This document shows, piece by piece, positions 21,325 to 35,845 of a DNA stretch of 64,000 nucleotides; within the stretch, counting starts at the first letter, position 1; every line of letters starts with the position of its first letter. The stretch lies in NCBI GenBank assembly GCA_051362555.1, contig CM120640.1, forward strand, positions 36,661,967-36,725,966, written 5' to 3'. The notes under the pieces were generated by a model that saw nothing but the letters and a program-made list of their open reading frames with translations, was not told the origin of the DNA and made no database searches. A program made the position numbers and the translations under genes. The stretch is from Lingula anatina. Taxonomy: Eukaryota; Animalia; Brachiopoda.

Positions 21325-23175
21325 ATGGCGAGACGCAAGAGGAACGCCTACTATACCTGCACCGTGTTGATATTTTCTATTTACCTTTTTCTAAAAATGC
21401 AAATTTTCCAACAGAGTTCCACCTCTGACACAAGTGAGGATATTGACTACTTTGTTATTCAAGATTCTCATAAAAGTGCGGATAGAGTGAACCACACCCA
21501 ACACCAGTTCAGGTCCGACTGCCGCAGATTATTAGAGGGAGATCGAGAAGAAATTCTTTACGCCAAAAGCCGAGTAAAGATGACCAAACCAAAATTTATT
21601 TCAGATCACGCCTTTGGAGAATTGACGTCAAATTGTGATACCTTTAAAAGGACGCGTGGGTACGTTTTAAACTCACTAGAAGAAGAGGAGCAATTTCCTA
21701 TAGCATTTAGTATTCTACTATACAAGGACGTGCATCAGACAGAACGTTTGTTACGTGCAATATACCGTCCTCAAAATACGTATTGTATACATGTTGACGC
21801 TAAATCATCTGACTCGGTGCATATAGCTATTCGAAACATTGCCAAGTGTTTTGATAACGTTTTTATAGCGTCTAAACTAGAGCGCGTAATCTATGCTGGT
21901 TTTTCTAGACTCAAAGCAGAAATTAACTGCATGCATGATTCCTACAAAAGACCAGAACAATGGAAATACTATATTAACTTGCCTAGTCAAGAATTCCCTC
22001 TGAAAACTAATTATGAAATGGTCCAGATTTTGAAATTATACAACGGTGCTAATGACATCGAAGGGATAACAGGGCGACGCTTGAGTGGAATAGCCTACAG
22101 ATTCAGGTATCACTGGGACATACAAGAAAAGAATGGGAAGCGCATTTATAATAATACTCGGATTCTGAAGAGCAAGCCGCCAAATAATATCACAATAATT
22201 CGAGGCAGTGCATATGGAATTTTCAGTAGACAGTTTGTGAGGTTTATTTTAATTAATCCGTCGGCCAAGGCTTTGTTAGAATGGTCCAGGGACACTTACA
22301 GCCCCGATGAATATTACTGGGCCACGTTAAACTTCTTGAAGTACAACCCGCACTTGAATACTCCTGGGGGTTATGACGGTGAGTATCCCAAATACTTGTA
22401 CATTTTTTTTATTGGAGAAAGTGCGCGAATTAAATTGTGTGGCTTAAAAATGTGTTTTGCCATTGATGGAAAATACATGACTGAAGTATACCGCGTTTCA
22501 AATGACAAAGCTTCGTGAGTTCTGAAAAAATGTCTGGTGAAACTATCAAAAAAATTATACAAATTAATATAGAATTTGAAATAAACATTCAAACGTTTAG
22601 AGGAAGTATAAATATCACAGTCATAATACGTCTTTCACAATTATTCCGAGGGATATTTCGTCTACCTTATTCTAATTGTCTTTTACGTGTTTTTCGAAAT
22701 CGTGTATAGCATGTGAATGCTCGACGTTTATGCGAACACACAAGTAGATTTCTGACGAGTGAGCGTAATATATGTATAGCTTTCTCACTGCTAAACAGGT
22801 GCGCCAGTAGTAACACCATTCAAAATAAAGATTTTTGGTGTAAAATGATGATTTTCATAACACCATTATCTTTGATATTTCTGTCTGACAGGTGTGCCGG
22901 ACTCCAAGCCTTGGTTGGCGGTATGGGCTGCTTGGAAGGGCGTGGACAAATGTTACGGCAAATGGCAACGGGGGATATGCGTTTTCGGTGTCGGAGATCT
23001 TCAATTCATGATAGAGAGAAAGGAATTATTTGTTAATAAGTTTCTTTATGACTATGAACCACTGGCTCTAGAATGCGCCGAGGAATGGCTTCGCTATAAA
23101 CAAATGGCAGCATTACCAATTGACTTAAGTTATTATCGAAATTTGACTTTTTTAAGAAAAGAAAAGAATTTGTAA
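21325..23175 (+). CDS. Core-2/I-branching beta-1,6-N-acetylglucosaminyltransferase (GT14, GCNT1-like); exons 21325-22378, 22892-23175
   Basis: Type II TM near the N-terminus; EEEEQFPIAFSIL, LLRAIYRPQNTYCIHVDAKS, WKYYINL, EFPLKTN, DTYSPDEYYWATL, C-GKWQRGICVFGVGDL and LFVNKF are GCNT family motifs. Phase-1 GT-AG intron. Confidence 0.93.
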
Positions 23176-24128
23176 TTTACATTTAATTCATTTGTCATCA
23201 TCATCATCATCATCATCATCAAATAAACACATACGAATGATACGCATTTTGCGTGAACTTCATATTTTGATACCCATAACACATACATGTTATTAAGGGA
23301 TCGTTTGTATGTGTTTAATTATCTACGTGTAGTTACCTTTTTTTCGTTTTCAAATGGCCTGCATTCTTACTTAAATATTGGTATTTTGAAATTTAAGCTT
23401 GACAAGCTCCAATGATCCCTCTGAGGAAAAATGTTACAGTTAACAAACCTCTAAGCTTCTAAATCCATATCCATGCTCTGAATTAAATATTCATAATTCC
23501 ACGACAAAAATGCACAAGAAATTCACCGTTGTACATTCGATGTAATTCCCTCCCAAAAAGACGCCTAATCCTGACTTAGGCCTACTAACAAATTTCCTTT
23601 GATTTTACACCAGTAATCCATACGAGCTTAAGAATGAATTAAATGAAACAAACTGTATCAAGGTAAAGATCGTAAAAATGTCACGAGTTGTCTTCAGGAC
23701 ATAAAAATATATTCTTATATTCTTTAGTGCACCAGTGCAGTGACGCCAAACTGGTACCATTTCTCTACCAGTTATTATATGAATTATTTTTCATCTCTCA
23801 CGTAATCGACTAAAACATGTAAATGTAAATAACGTTTATTGTATTTATTGATATCGAAATATCTCGATACCGTTTTTTTAACAATTTAAAAAATATATTT
23901 TCCATGTTCAATTATAATGAAAACGAACAAGAATACAATAAATTGGCAGATGAAAATAATTGGGCCTCTGTAAGAAAACACTTCTTTGGTTCTCAAACGT
24001 TTATAACACGTCTGTATCCCGTGATGTCTCGAAAAGAGCAACATATGTATAGCTGAAGTTATTTTAGCCCGTTACCCATACATCTGCACCAATAATAAGA
24101 ATGGCATAAGCATTCTTTCGTAGTTTCT

Positions 24129-27100
24129 TTAGTTAGACCTAAGCCTGGGCCTTGATCGAAATTTCAACATCATTCGCATCAGTATTAGTGTCATTAAGAC
24201 GTTAAGCCCAAGAAACACTCCTTGGTATGCTGCGCCATAGCCGTTCCATGTTTTACCGCAGTAGTCCAGAAGAGCAACAACAGGGGACGCCACTCGCTTC
24301 CTCTTGCCATTTTTCCAATGATATTTGAGGCTGTTCGCGAAGGACTTGCAGTAGCCACCCCACTTATGAAATGGCTGTGCCGGAATTCCTCGCCTGGAAG
24401 TTGAAAACACAATTGAAATCAACATTCAAGGCTGAGAATTTTTTTGTATCGATATGAAAGAATTATTATTGGCGTGTAAAATGAGGTGAAAAAAAGATAC
24501 CGGACAGGAAACCCGTCATTTTTTCCAAGTTAGATAATAAAACTAGTATGAAAACAGACAGCACTGCGTTTGTTTAAAATTGAATTTCAAGGGAAAATAT
24601 TCCACAAATTTAGTCTGCTGGTACATCTTTTCACAAATTAATGATGTTGTACAAATACACTCAGATCACCCAAGTGATAAACGTCGCCCGAATTTACACG
24701 CTGTGATCGCTGCCTACCTCACCATCCTACAGCGGTGTTCCATAAGGCGAGATTCCGTCTGGTAGTCGAGGGTCGTCTCCTGTGGACTCCACAGCCGCTC
24801 TGCGGTGGCTGATGCACGGGGCCTAGGGTACACAAAAACGGACATAAGTAAATCGACCAAAGGAGAAAAATGGGATACATTCCTAAACTAGACTATTTCC
24901 ACATAATTTCCACATAATGTTGCCGTTAATAACCGTCACTTTTACTGTTGTTAAACATGGCCCTAAAAGGGTGTGTCCTTTCTAATCATTCGAATTTTGA
25001 GAGTTGCTTACATTTAAATAACCCTGTTACCAAAGAAAATATAGGCGTTTTATAATCTGTAGATGTCTCGTCGTTTTGTGGACTGGTTGCTTTGGCTTCA
25101 GTCTTTATCTTAAAAAGGCCTTTATACTTACCACAGTCTTGCTAAAACGTTGGTCTCGTCAACATATTCGGACCAGAGGCACGCTTCTCCGCCTATAACC
25201 CTATTAGCCTGTTCTTCTGTACCTATGATAAATAAGACTATGAGTTACGAGGGAATTTCAGACCCGAAAAACAGATGATTCAATGAATGAATTTTTTCAG
25301 ACAAATAACCACTCTTAAACGAATAATATGAGGCCAGGATACAGTACGGAAACTATATAGGTCTATCTATATATATTTATGAAATGTAACCACTGTAAAG
25401 ATGAACATCGCCACTCCATGCAGTGTCTGAAATTACCATAAAAGAATCGTGGATTCAATGGGTCGCACGCGTAGTAGGTTTTCCAGTCTTCCCCATAAGA
25501 TATGTGGTCTAAATACCAACAAGATGCGAATATCGCTCGGTGGCCCTCACTAGTCACTTGAACTAGATAGTCTTCAGGGCTCTTCCATACTTCAATTATA
25601 GTGGTGTTGGGTACCTGAGTAGAAAATGACATCTTAGAAAACCAATGACTTGAATATCGGAGAGAGAGAGAGAGAGAGAATAGCAGTCACTAGGAAACCT
25701 ATGTGAGAAATTTCAATTCAACAATAATTTAAGCAAAGTTTTGTAAAAATCGTTTCAAAAAATTGAATTACGACAGGTCATTCATTGTATGTAGTAGGTC
25801 TAATACATTAGCCCAAATATCATATTGTATATCATCACAAATACTTAAAATCGGCTTTCTTTAGAATATATACTTTGTTCATTGCCAAATGATGGTTATG
25901 ATCATTAAAAAGACACAAGTCAAAGTGTATGATGCAGTGGGTGATACCTTATTTCTATTGTCAAACACCTCCTGCCACACAATATAATCTTTCTTATTTT
26001 TTTCCGGTACGACCTCGGCCAACGTGCGTAAAAATCTGAAAGTATATGTGAGAATATAAGTCTTGTTTCATAAAAGAACTCAAACCAAAGTTGGTCTTGG
26101 CTCAGACTGCTGAGAATCTTATCTGATCGAGGTGTGTTTCACAGAGACCCTGAAAAGCCGCATATATTTCCCCATTAAACTAAGCCCCTAACAAAGTTTT
26201 TGTTGGCTAAAGACTGCTTTTTACGTGTTTTTATATATGTGAAAGTATATCGTGGGCCAATCGTTCGTGAAGTGTTTTTCGAATTATATTACTAGGTTGA
26301 CTTTATGTAGTCAGACGAGCAAGGTGTGGTCAAAAATATTGCGCCCTTTTGATGTCCTTGATCCACCAGTTTACCGCTAAGGTGGTACTGTGTTACTTTG
26401 GTCTGATGTATCATAAAGCAATAAAATGAAAAAAACATAATTTAAAACTCTCCCTGCCCCTCCCCCCCCCCCCCACTCACTTGTCTTAAATGCAGTATTT
26501 TCTATAATCAAATAGTGCAGCTTGCTTTTACGACCCTTTACTGATGATATTGTGTGAGATGATTAAAGTACATGTAATACATAATTATTATTATACTTGT
26601 TTATACATTTGGCGACTTTTATTGTGCAGCCCAGTTTAACAAAATAGTTTCAATTATTCACAGCAATCCAAAACATTCATAATGTAATCATTTTCCACAA
26701 TTCTGTGTCAACTTCATCGTCATATTATTAAGTGATATTTGAAAGCAAAGGAGGCGATTTTTAGAGGCGAATTGCACCTTCAAAACTGATTCGATGGCGT
26801 TGTTTTTTTCCCTCTTAATGACCAATATCAATTTTACTTTTGAGCCACATTTATCAATCACAAACAATAAGACACAAAAAATCGCCCCCTTTGTCTTTTA
26901 CATATTTCAAAACAGAAACAAAAATAAAACAAACTTAAAAACATTTCTCCAAATAATAAGGACCATTTCCGCATTAATTTTCCCCAAATTATTATACAGG
27001 AAAAAAATTCCCCACTGTCCATCACTCTTTTCACGCTTATTCTATTCTAAATAAAAATTAACACTTCACCCAAACAAAAGTTATTACACCCCGATCTTTA

Positions 27101-29403
27101 ATGGTATTGCCACGTGCACGGTTCCCCATATATCCACTTATCATGCAAAACTCAATCCAAGTAACATGCACATATCAAAAACTGGCGCACCTTTGTGATA
27201 TATCTTAAAGCTGCGTATAATTCTTCTTCTTCACACGTTTGAGGAAATAAAGCCAACTGAAATGTTATATTTTTCACTGCCACTATGTTTTTGTTTCTTT
27301 AATGGAACAACGTACATATTTCGCGTAATTGGCATGGCCCAAGGAAAATGTAACTCTTTATCTTTGTTCTTATCTTTGTTTTTGATTCTTAGCTTAGATT
27401 TAATGCATGAAAAGGGAAAATCATACTTCAACGGATGCATATATTCACAATGGAAATACTTTGCTACGTGTTTCCGCTTACATCTTATCCTTTCACTTTG
27501 ACGCGCATATAAATCAGTGTCCATGACTGACACATGAAGAGTGTTTTATTTTACTAGTTTTTGTGTTAAATAAAAAAAGGTTTTGCGACCCGTAAAAAAA
27601 CTCCTTTGGTTTCTTGACTTGTGAGGCATCATTAATTATTTGAATATCTGTAATTAAGCGTGTTGACAAGCAATTTGGCAGATGGTAGTAAAATTCCTTG
27701 AAATAAATGATGTGAATAAGATTAGGGTGATGTTTTTCTCAATAAAACATCGTCCAAACTACAACTAGATAGCATGCAGTCCATCCCTTACCCACCACAA
27801 TCCAGCCAGTACACCTTGTCCCAAATAGATAACGACTTACTTTTTAAGATAAAGCTCCTGTAAAACAAACCAATCCGACAGGCGTTTAAGCGCCATGAAA
27901 TTTTGAAAAAACGGGTTGCTAATCCTGCGAAGGAAGAGAATTGACAGATGTTTATTAGATGTCATTATAAACTTATCTGTATTGTCAGCGCTTTTTTACA
28001 TGAGCGGACGCCCTCTTTACAGTTATAATTCGGCAAAAAATATTTTGAATGAGACAGAAGAAGTTATAATTTAGGCAATGATTGCAGTTGAATGTGAACA
28101 ATGCATCGTATCATAAAGAAAGGTACATGTACAGAACAAAAAGAAGGTGCAAAAAGAGAAGCATCAAATAATGTTATTCATTACATAAAAGAACATACCA
28201 GCACTGAGTATCAACTTCGTCCCCGCCGAGATGTAGATGTTTGTCGGGAAAAACAGCGGTTATCTCTTTGAAGAGTTCCCCGAGGAACTGGTAGGTGCTG
28301 TTCCTGAAGGGATGTATGGGACCATGCCCGGTCAAATGGCCCCAAGGACTGTAGCATTTCGTAAGCAAGCCTTCCTGTCCCCAGCCCCAAGATAACGTGT
28401 GGCCTAAAGGTCAAAGAATAAGCCGAAGGTGATAGATATAAGTTTTAAGCTAGGATCCAAAATATTTTGGATCCTAGTTTTAAGCTAGGGGTTCCGATTC
28501 GATGTTTACAAATTAAACACATTTCAGTTGTGTTCGTATGTGTGTAATATTTTCGGTTTAAAATAGGTTAACTAAAATGACAAAGAAATAATAAATGAAT
28601 ATATAAAAAATAAAAGAGTTATAAATAAAAAAATAAATAAATAAACACCAAATAGACTAAGATCAGTACAACATAACGCATGAAGGCCCTATCTTTAAAT
28701 CCGCCAAACCAATGAAATTGAAATAGCTTTTAAAAAATAATTTTCATTATTTAAGTTAACTGAAGGTGATTTCAATAAAACCTTGAAGTCAGCAACTTTT
28801 GTTGCATTATTACCTGGGGTGTCAAATTCAGGTATGACACGAATGCCTCGAAGTCGGGCATACTCTATGATTTCTTGGACATCTTTGGGAGTATAAATAT
28901 GGGTATCAGGATCATATGCGCCCTATAGAGATTATACAATAAGTCTCATTGCAAAATAAAAAAAACAGGCATTATCGTACAACATTACTATACAAATTAT
29001 ACATTTCAAGTGACATTCATCTATCATTCTATCATTCATCTATCATTCATTCATAAATCGTATTCTTTTTCTTTTTCTCACTCGTCTCTCCCCCCAGGAA
29101 AATTTTTAAAGCTTTACAAACATTAAAATGCATGCAAGCAGTTCGTATGGCGTGTGTTCTATTCACTGCCATATACAGAGGCAACCCCATTAACAATCAC
29201 GTCTACTCTAACCACCTCTATAATAACACATTTTGGGCCACCTTTCACACGTTTCAGACCTTGCTCTCACCTACACTGAAAATATGAATCGTCTCAATTT
29301 TCACACAGGTTCTATCTCTAAACTGAAAGTTGTGTCACAGTGACAAATAACTTTTACTGGGCAAAAGAAAAAAAACGTATACTGAACTTGAAGTTCGCAA
29401 GTG

Positions 29404-29457
<54 letters not shown>

Positions 29458-31502
29458 CCAGGATCTGTATTCGTAAGATAATGATAGTCATGTCAAATGA
29501 TGCACGTGTAACGCCTTACTCATGGTACTTCGTGGTAAAAAGGAATTTGGGGTGTCACGAGAAATCGCATATCAGTTTTTTTAATGTCGGTATTCCATGA
29601 TGTCCCTGATGTCCTAGAGTTAAGGTGAGACTGTGCAACCTACCTTTCTGCTGAGGTTGGGAAATGCTGTGCTGTAGTATGGGAACGACTGGTCATCAAC
29701 TATGTGCCAGTGGAACACGTTCATCTTATTATACGCCATAGACTCCTAAAATTATTAAATTTATTAAAGCAGTGGCATATGTCCACATCCTTATTATAAA
29801 GTGCGCGTTTTTAAAAATGTTTTGTTTTCGGAAAAGGTGAAATGGTACTCTCTCTCTCTCTCTTCCATTTTTGCACTCTTCCATTTTATATCATTGACTG
29901 ATCTCCGTCGATTTTTTGTCTGCTTGTGTCGTCGCCATAACTTCCCGACACAGAACGCGTAGATCTATCACTTGGAATCAAACATGAACAAAGTGACTTA
30001 AGACAATTGATCAGGGACTTAAAAACTAAATTTACTGTTCATTTCTAAAACACCATCAAAACTTTTAACCCTTGCAGCTAAATGACTAAATGTTGGAACG
30101 ATGCGCATTTCATTTCAGTCGAATGCGACCACTTGGGATACACAACACTCGTGGCGCACTTTTTTCCAGCGTTTTGACTTCAAGACCCCGTTTAACATCA
30201 ATTTGAAACTTAAATTTACGTAACAAATTCTTTCAATCCCCGCCCCATTTATTTTAAGCATGTCCGAAGCTAGGTAGAGGCAGAGGGTGGCACGTGACTA
30301 GAATTTCTCCAGATATATTTTCCAGATAAGGCGAGTGGTTTAAAAAACCAAGGGTGATTAACCTTGTCTCTTTTTTATCTGTTTTTATCTGTGTGCCGTT
30401 GTTAGTTATGTGGCCCCTCCCTTTTTGTTGAGAATGTTATTTGCTTAAAAAACTTCTTTCCTATCTTCGATAGTCATGCAGTCTAAATTTCCCTTTTAAT
30501 CACTCGTAAAAGTTTTTTCAATTAATTTTTTTTCATTCTGGCGTCGACTCCAGATAAGCTAAATTACTTCCGTCATGATTACGACTGTATAATTTGTAAT
30601 TAAACTGAAGACAATTATAAAAAAAAAACATCTTAAGTTTACGTGACTCACCAGCACTTGGAAGATGATTTCCTTTGGAATGTAGTGTCTGGCCGTGTCT
30701 AACAGGATGCCACGGTGTGAGAAGCGCGGGGAGTCCTTCACGCGAACTTCACCTATTTGAAGCTAAAAACAAACATAAAACCCGACATTTATTACCATGT
30801 CTAAATAGGTCAGAATATCAATGTAACCTGTTTAATTTGCGATGTATTAACGCAGAGATTTGTAATCTCCGTCCACAAAGTATACGACCTTTTGCAACAT
30901 AAAAACATATCATGTTCTGTCTTGTGGTTTTCTTGTCTTAGTACAGTCAGTATGATGGCGGGACTCTATGCATCATCATGCATCTTTTACACCCGTTGGT
31001 ATTGCTTATTAACTGCAAAACCTGACAATTGCAAGAAAATTCTTATTGTCTGTATACTCTCAAATGAATGAAAACACGTAATGACTGTTCGATTGTTACA
31101 TGTCCAACGATATACTTCCCCCTTTTTAGGAATCAAAATGTATACCTTATTCTCGTACTTACTTTTGTGGTATCAAACCCTCCATATTTGTTTCTGACTC
31201 GAAGACGATGTATATATATTCACAATGCCTTGAGAGAAAACATGAAAACGTTGTGTCGTAAAACTTAAATGAATGGGTACATCTTGATACGTGGAGTATT
31301 GCTGGATATCAGGCAATACTGATGATAAAGTGTGGGCGTATGGTGCACCGACTTCGAGTGTCAGTGTTATTACATAATACTAGTCCAACAGGCTCTTCGA
31401 GTATCTGGTATCATGGGACTTGTATTAATAGTGAAAAAGCAATCTTCAATATATCTGGTCTTGACAAAGGCTTTGTGTTGTTGTTGTTGTTGTTTTGTGT
31501 GC

Positions 31503-31533
<31 letters not shown>

Positions 31534-33663
31534 CTTTTGTGTGAACTGATCAGGAATTACTTAAGGATATTAGGCCTACACATTCGTGTTCTCTCCGTAG
31601 GATTTTCACCTTGACTGGTGTGTGTAAATTAAAATAGCCTGTAATTTTAAATATGATTTACCGATATGTGAGTGTGATAAGCGGACTACGGGTAGCACTC
31701 TGGTGGGTACATTCTGACATTTTGACTTGACACAGGCGTGGTGACAATGCCCGCAAAATATATGTCTGTTGAACTGAACTTGACCATCCATTAAGACATT
31801 GTAGCCTTAGAGCAATAGATGTTCACAGCACGACTTTAAGTCCTATTCTCTTTTTTACCGAATTCGATTACGTTTTTCAAAAGCCGTGTCACCGTATTTT
31901 GCAATATATAAATGCCGAGGTATATTGATGCTCTAAAAAACCCAGGGAGCACGTGTCAGAATCATATTTCTCTATTGAAAACAATGTTGTCAGGATTTTA
32001 GTAGCAATGGTGGTATTAACATCACATTTTTTATCATTTAAACGGAATTCAAACATCAGCACAAAACAGTATAAAAATAATGCTTATTTTTCAAGAGTGT
32101 TAAATCCTTTTTACAATGGAGAATAGTAAGGGAAGTGTTCAATTATGTTGTCTCATGGACATTCAGAGATGCAAATTATTAGATTATCTTACCGAGTTTG
32201 GCGACACTTCGTAGACTAGCTGACTGAAAGTTTCCAAGCCTCGCAAAATTCCCCACACACTTTTGGAAATAAGGAGGGCCCCACGGGAGTTAACCGTCAG
32301 TTCATCTGAAGTTAAGATACACAGCATCAGGCGTATAAATCTGAGATATAACACGTAGATGATAAAAGTTTGTTAATGATTCAGAGAAATATGTTAACAT
32401 TATTAAAATTTAAAACTTTCACATTTTACACTATGATTAAGAATGGGAAATCATTTCCCTATCATACGTCTAAGCGTACCGACAGAGGCACGCACTTCCC
32501 TCTCCTTCACGCGTGCACACACACACACACGCACACACACACAAACACACACACACACACACACACTATCTTTAAGCTGGATAATCTTACAAGACTCGTC
32601 CATTCCTAGAGATGGGTATTCTTCGCACTTGGCTAACAAAGTGACATTCAAGCGTTTCAGCACAACTTCTGAACGTCTTTGAAAAATGGATTCGTTGCCC
32701 GGATTTTTCGTTGTCACATCGATGACAGTGTCAAGAATGATACTCGTGTAGCGTTCTCTGGCTTCTTCTATAATTTTACACGTTTTTCCGGTGATATATA
32801 TTCCAAAATTTTCTGCGTATATACTGTAGACTCCAGTTCCCTTGATATACATTTTGGGCATAGGCCAAGGCTCTCCTTTCGTTTCTATCGCTGGAAGTAA
32901 TTCGGACCTCATAGGTGATGGGGGCGGTGGTCTTTCTTGAGACTGAAATGGTGGTTCAGTATTACGTTGAACAGGTGCCCGTGGGCCGGTGTTTCCTTGT
33001 CCATGGTGTTGGTGATCTACAACGTTTACCTTCAGCGTAACTTGAGGTCCGGTTTTTTGTTGCTGCTGCTTCCGTTGCTGCTCCTGCTGCTGTAGCTGTT
33101 GTTGTATTTGTAGCAGATGCCACTGCTGTTGTTGGTTTACAGGCTGTTGTAAAAATTGTTGTGTATGTTGTATTTGTTGTTGCTGCTGATTTGAAGGTTG
33201 TTGCAATTGCTGCTGTTGTTGTAATGGCTGTTGTGGTTGCTGCTGCTGCTGCTGTAATGAGTGTTGAGTAGGTTGTATTTGATGTTGCTGTTGCTGTAAT
33301 AGTTGTTGTGGTTGCTGCTGCTGATGCTGTAATGACTGTTGTGTATGTATTTGTTTCTGCTGTTGTTGTAATGGTTGTTGGGGTTGCTGTTGTTCTTGTT
33401 GTAATGGTAGCTGTGGGTTCTGCTGTTGCTGTAATGGTTGTTGCTGTTGCTGTTTCTGTAATGACTGTTCTGGTTGCGGTTGCTGTTGTAATGACTGTTG
33501 ATTATGGTTTAGCTGTAATGACTGTTGCTCTTTATGCTGTAATAATTGTTGCTGTTGCTGCTGCAATGGTTGCTGATGTAATGGCTGATTTTGCTCTAGT
33601 TGTGGCTGCTGCAATAACTGTTGTTGCTGTATTGGCTGTTGTTGTTTCTGCACTAATGGCCTC

Positions 33664-33731
<68 letters not shown>

Positions 33732-34064
33732 CTGTTGTATTGACTGCTGTTGTCGTGGATTCCTATGGTTACTGTACTCTTGCTGCTGCTGCTGCTGCAA
33801 ATGCTGTGGAACAATATATTTATCAGCTGAATGTTTCGGGCCAGTTTGCGGTTGCACCTGCACATTTTGTCTTTGTTTGCCTTGAACCACATGTTTTTGT
33901 TGTTGTCCGTCGAGTTTTACATCCACAACTGGGACGATATGCTTGACATTTGCGCCTTGGCCTACTCGAACATAAGTTACCTGCTCCGTTTTTCCTCCTA
34001 TGTGAAAATGCATGAATGAGGTTAAAATTAGAGAAACTAGCGACGCCCATTTCGACGACGACAT
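24129..34064 (-). CDS. Beta-hexosaminidase (GH20, HEXA/HEXB-like) with Gln-rich insert; exons 34064-32591, 32305-32193, 30762-30652, 29745-29644, 28922-28814, 28403-28199, 27924-27841, 26035-25948, 25614-25437, 25222-25132, 24822-24718, 24393-24129
   Basis: [78 protein letters not shown], catalytic [18 protein letters not shown] and [13 protein letters not shown]. Splice phases are consistent across all 12 exons. Confidence 0.95.
33055..33800 (-). repeat. Coding CAG/CAA-rich polyglutamine low-complexity tract
   Basis: Long (CAG)n(CAA)n runs and repeated QQPLQQQQ units within hexosaminidase exon 1. Confidence 0.95.
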
Positions 34065-35845
34065 TATTTTTTTCCAGCCTGAATATTAACGTCCGTGATT
34101 CCTTATCGGTGGTGCATTCATGGCCGACCAGCTAAACTTAGAACAAAACCTGTGACACGCTTACAAAGAATCATAAACTGAGCCAGCTGTGTCCTCCGTG
34201 AAGGCATTTGTTTGTGTGAACATATGGATCTCTGTCATCGAACACATCCCCTCCAAGTGGAAACAGCAGGCTTCCCTTTGCGATGGCATACGGGCTTGTA
34301 TATAGCTTTTGCATACCGCAAGGCGTATCATAATGAGATCGGAGGGGTCCGCGGGCGAAACATGTTATTTAGTCGCGGAAAGATAAATGTCAGGGAGGTC
34401 ATCAAAGACGGACCACGTGAGGAAGTACTTTATCATGTCATGGTCAATGGCATGATACGCACGCTAAAAGTTGTAAAACATGATAATTGGACGCAAATAA
34501 AACGGTCTCCCCCTTTACTTTCAGTTTATTTATATCCTTCAATATATCACAGGGCAATTAAATTTCATTTTTCGGTTTGCTATTTTATGTTATGGTTCGT
34601 ACAAAGCGTTGTATACTTGCGACTCGCGATCGTGATTTTAAAGTAGATTAGATTTAGACTGATTAAATAAGAAAAGTGATAGTTTAAATTAACCTGCCTT
34701 GGCATAGCATATTAAATACGTTTGAATATGCAGAATCCTCCGATGCAGTGCCTGGAATTGAGGAAATAATTTATAGTCCAAATTCCTGGCATTACGAGAC
34801 ATGACTTGAAGATTGTCATTAAAAGGTATGAAAACACTACATTTGTCCTACTTTTACGAAGCGTTATTAGCGTTAGAGAAGTAGAATTATATAGGGGTTT
34901 CAAACGATTTCTTAGTATCACCACCACTGTTCACAAATGGGGAAAAAAGGAATCACCGTCCAACTCCAGAATATGAACATAGATACAGCAAGTTGCATGT
35001 TTTATTTTCACAAAAAAAGGGAGACTTAGCACAACGTCCACTGAGTCACCATCGTTGACACATGTTAAAAAGTCAAATGTGCCCTTTGAGGGAATTCGCC
35101 ACTAACACAGTTTCTGTGCAGTGTAAGGCAAAATGAGAACTTGCGTATGCAGCCCTGAAGGAAAATCTAATATGGAAAATATAGTTATTAGAGCTTCTTT
35201 ACAGAAAAAAGAGTAGCCCTATAATTATTACATTTATCATTATTATTCATAGTGTGCTCTCACGCCTGGTACTCAGTGGAACCGTTTTTTAGCTAAATGA
35301 AAATAAAGAAAAAGCTTTCCAACATTTTATCAGTTTGAACTAAACATTGCATATAGGTTTTTCTTAATATTTTTAAAAACCTGATCCATCGGTGAAAACA
35401 TCTATTGAGGACTGTTTGTCAAAATTTAAAAAAAGTGATCTATTTATCGACACTACTTTGAACGTTCGAAGTTGTAGCTGTATCACAGTGCCACTGCAAC
35501 CGAGCTTACATCTCTCGGTGAAAAAATCGATCCTGCATACAATCTGGACCCCAGAGATAAAAACGAACAATACTGTTTTAATTCCTATGATTCACGTTTA
35601 ATACCATTTAGTTGGGACACAGAACGTCATTTAAAAAAGAGCACTTCAGAAGTGCGGCCGTTGCGAAGGGTCATGAAGGGAACTAAAAAAATAATAGGGA
35701 AAATAGCAGTTTATTACTCTGCAATATAAAAAGTCAATTAGAACAAATGCCTACATTAACAGTTAGTTTACTTTTATAGAAAAATGACCTAGTAGTACTG
35801 ACCAAACTTTATAGAGGCGGAAAATAGGACAGATATTCAAAGAAG

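Noticed and set aside
31610-31638. Candidate 29-nt hexosaminidase micro-exon
   Set aside because: It would break the frame. Exons 32305-32193 and 30762-30652 already join in phase 0.
33308-33946. 212-aa Val/Ala-rich ORF on + strand (and the poly-N/S ORF 33653-33892)
   Set aside because: These are shadow frames of the CAG/CAA polyQ tract of the hexosaminidase.
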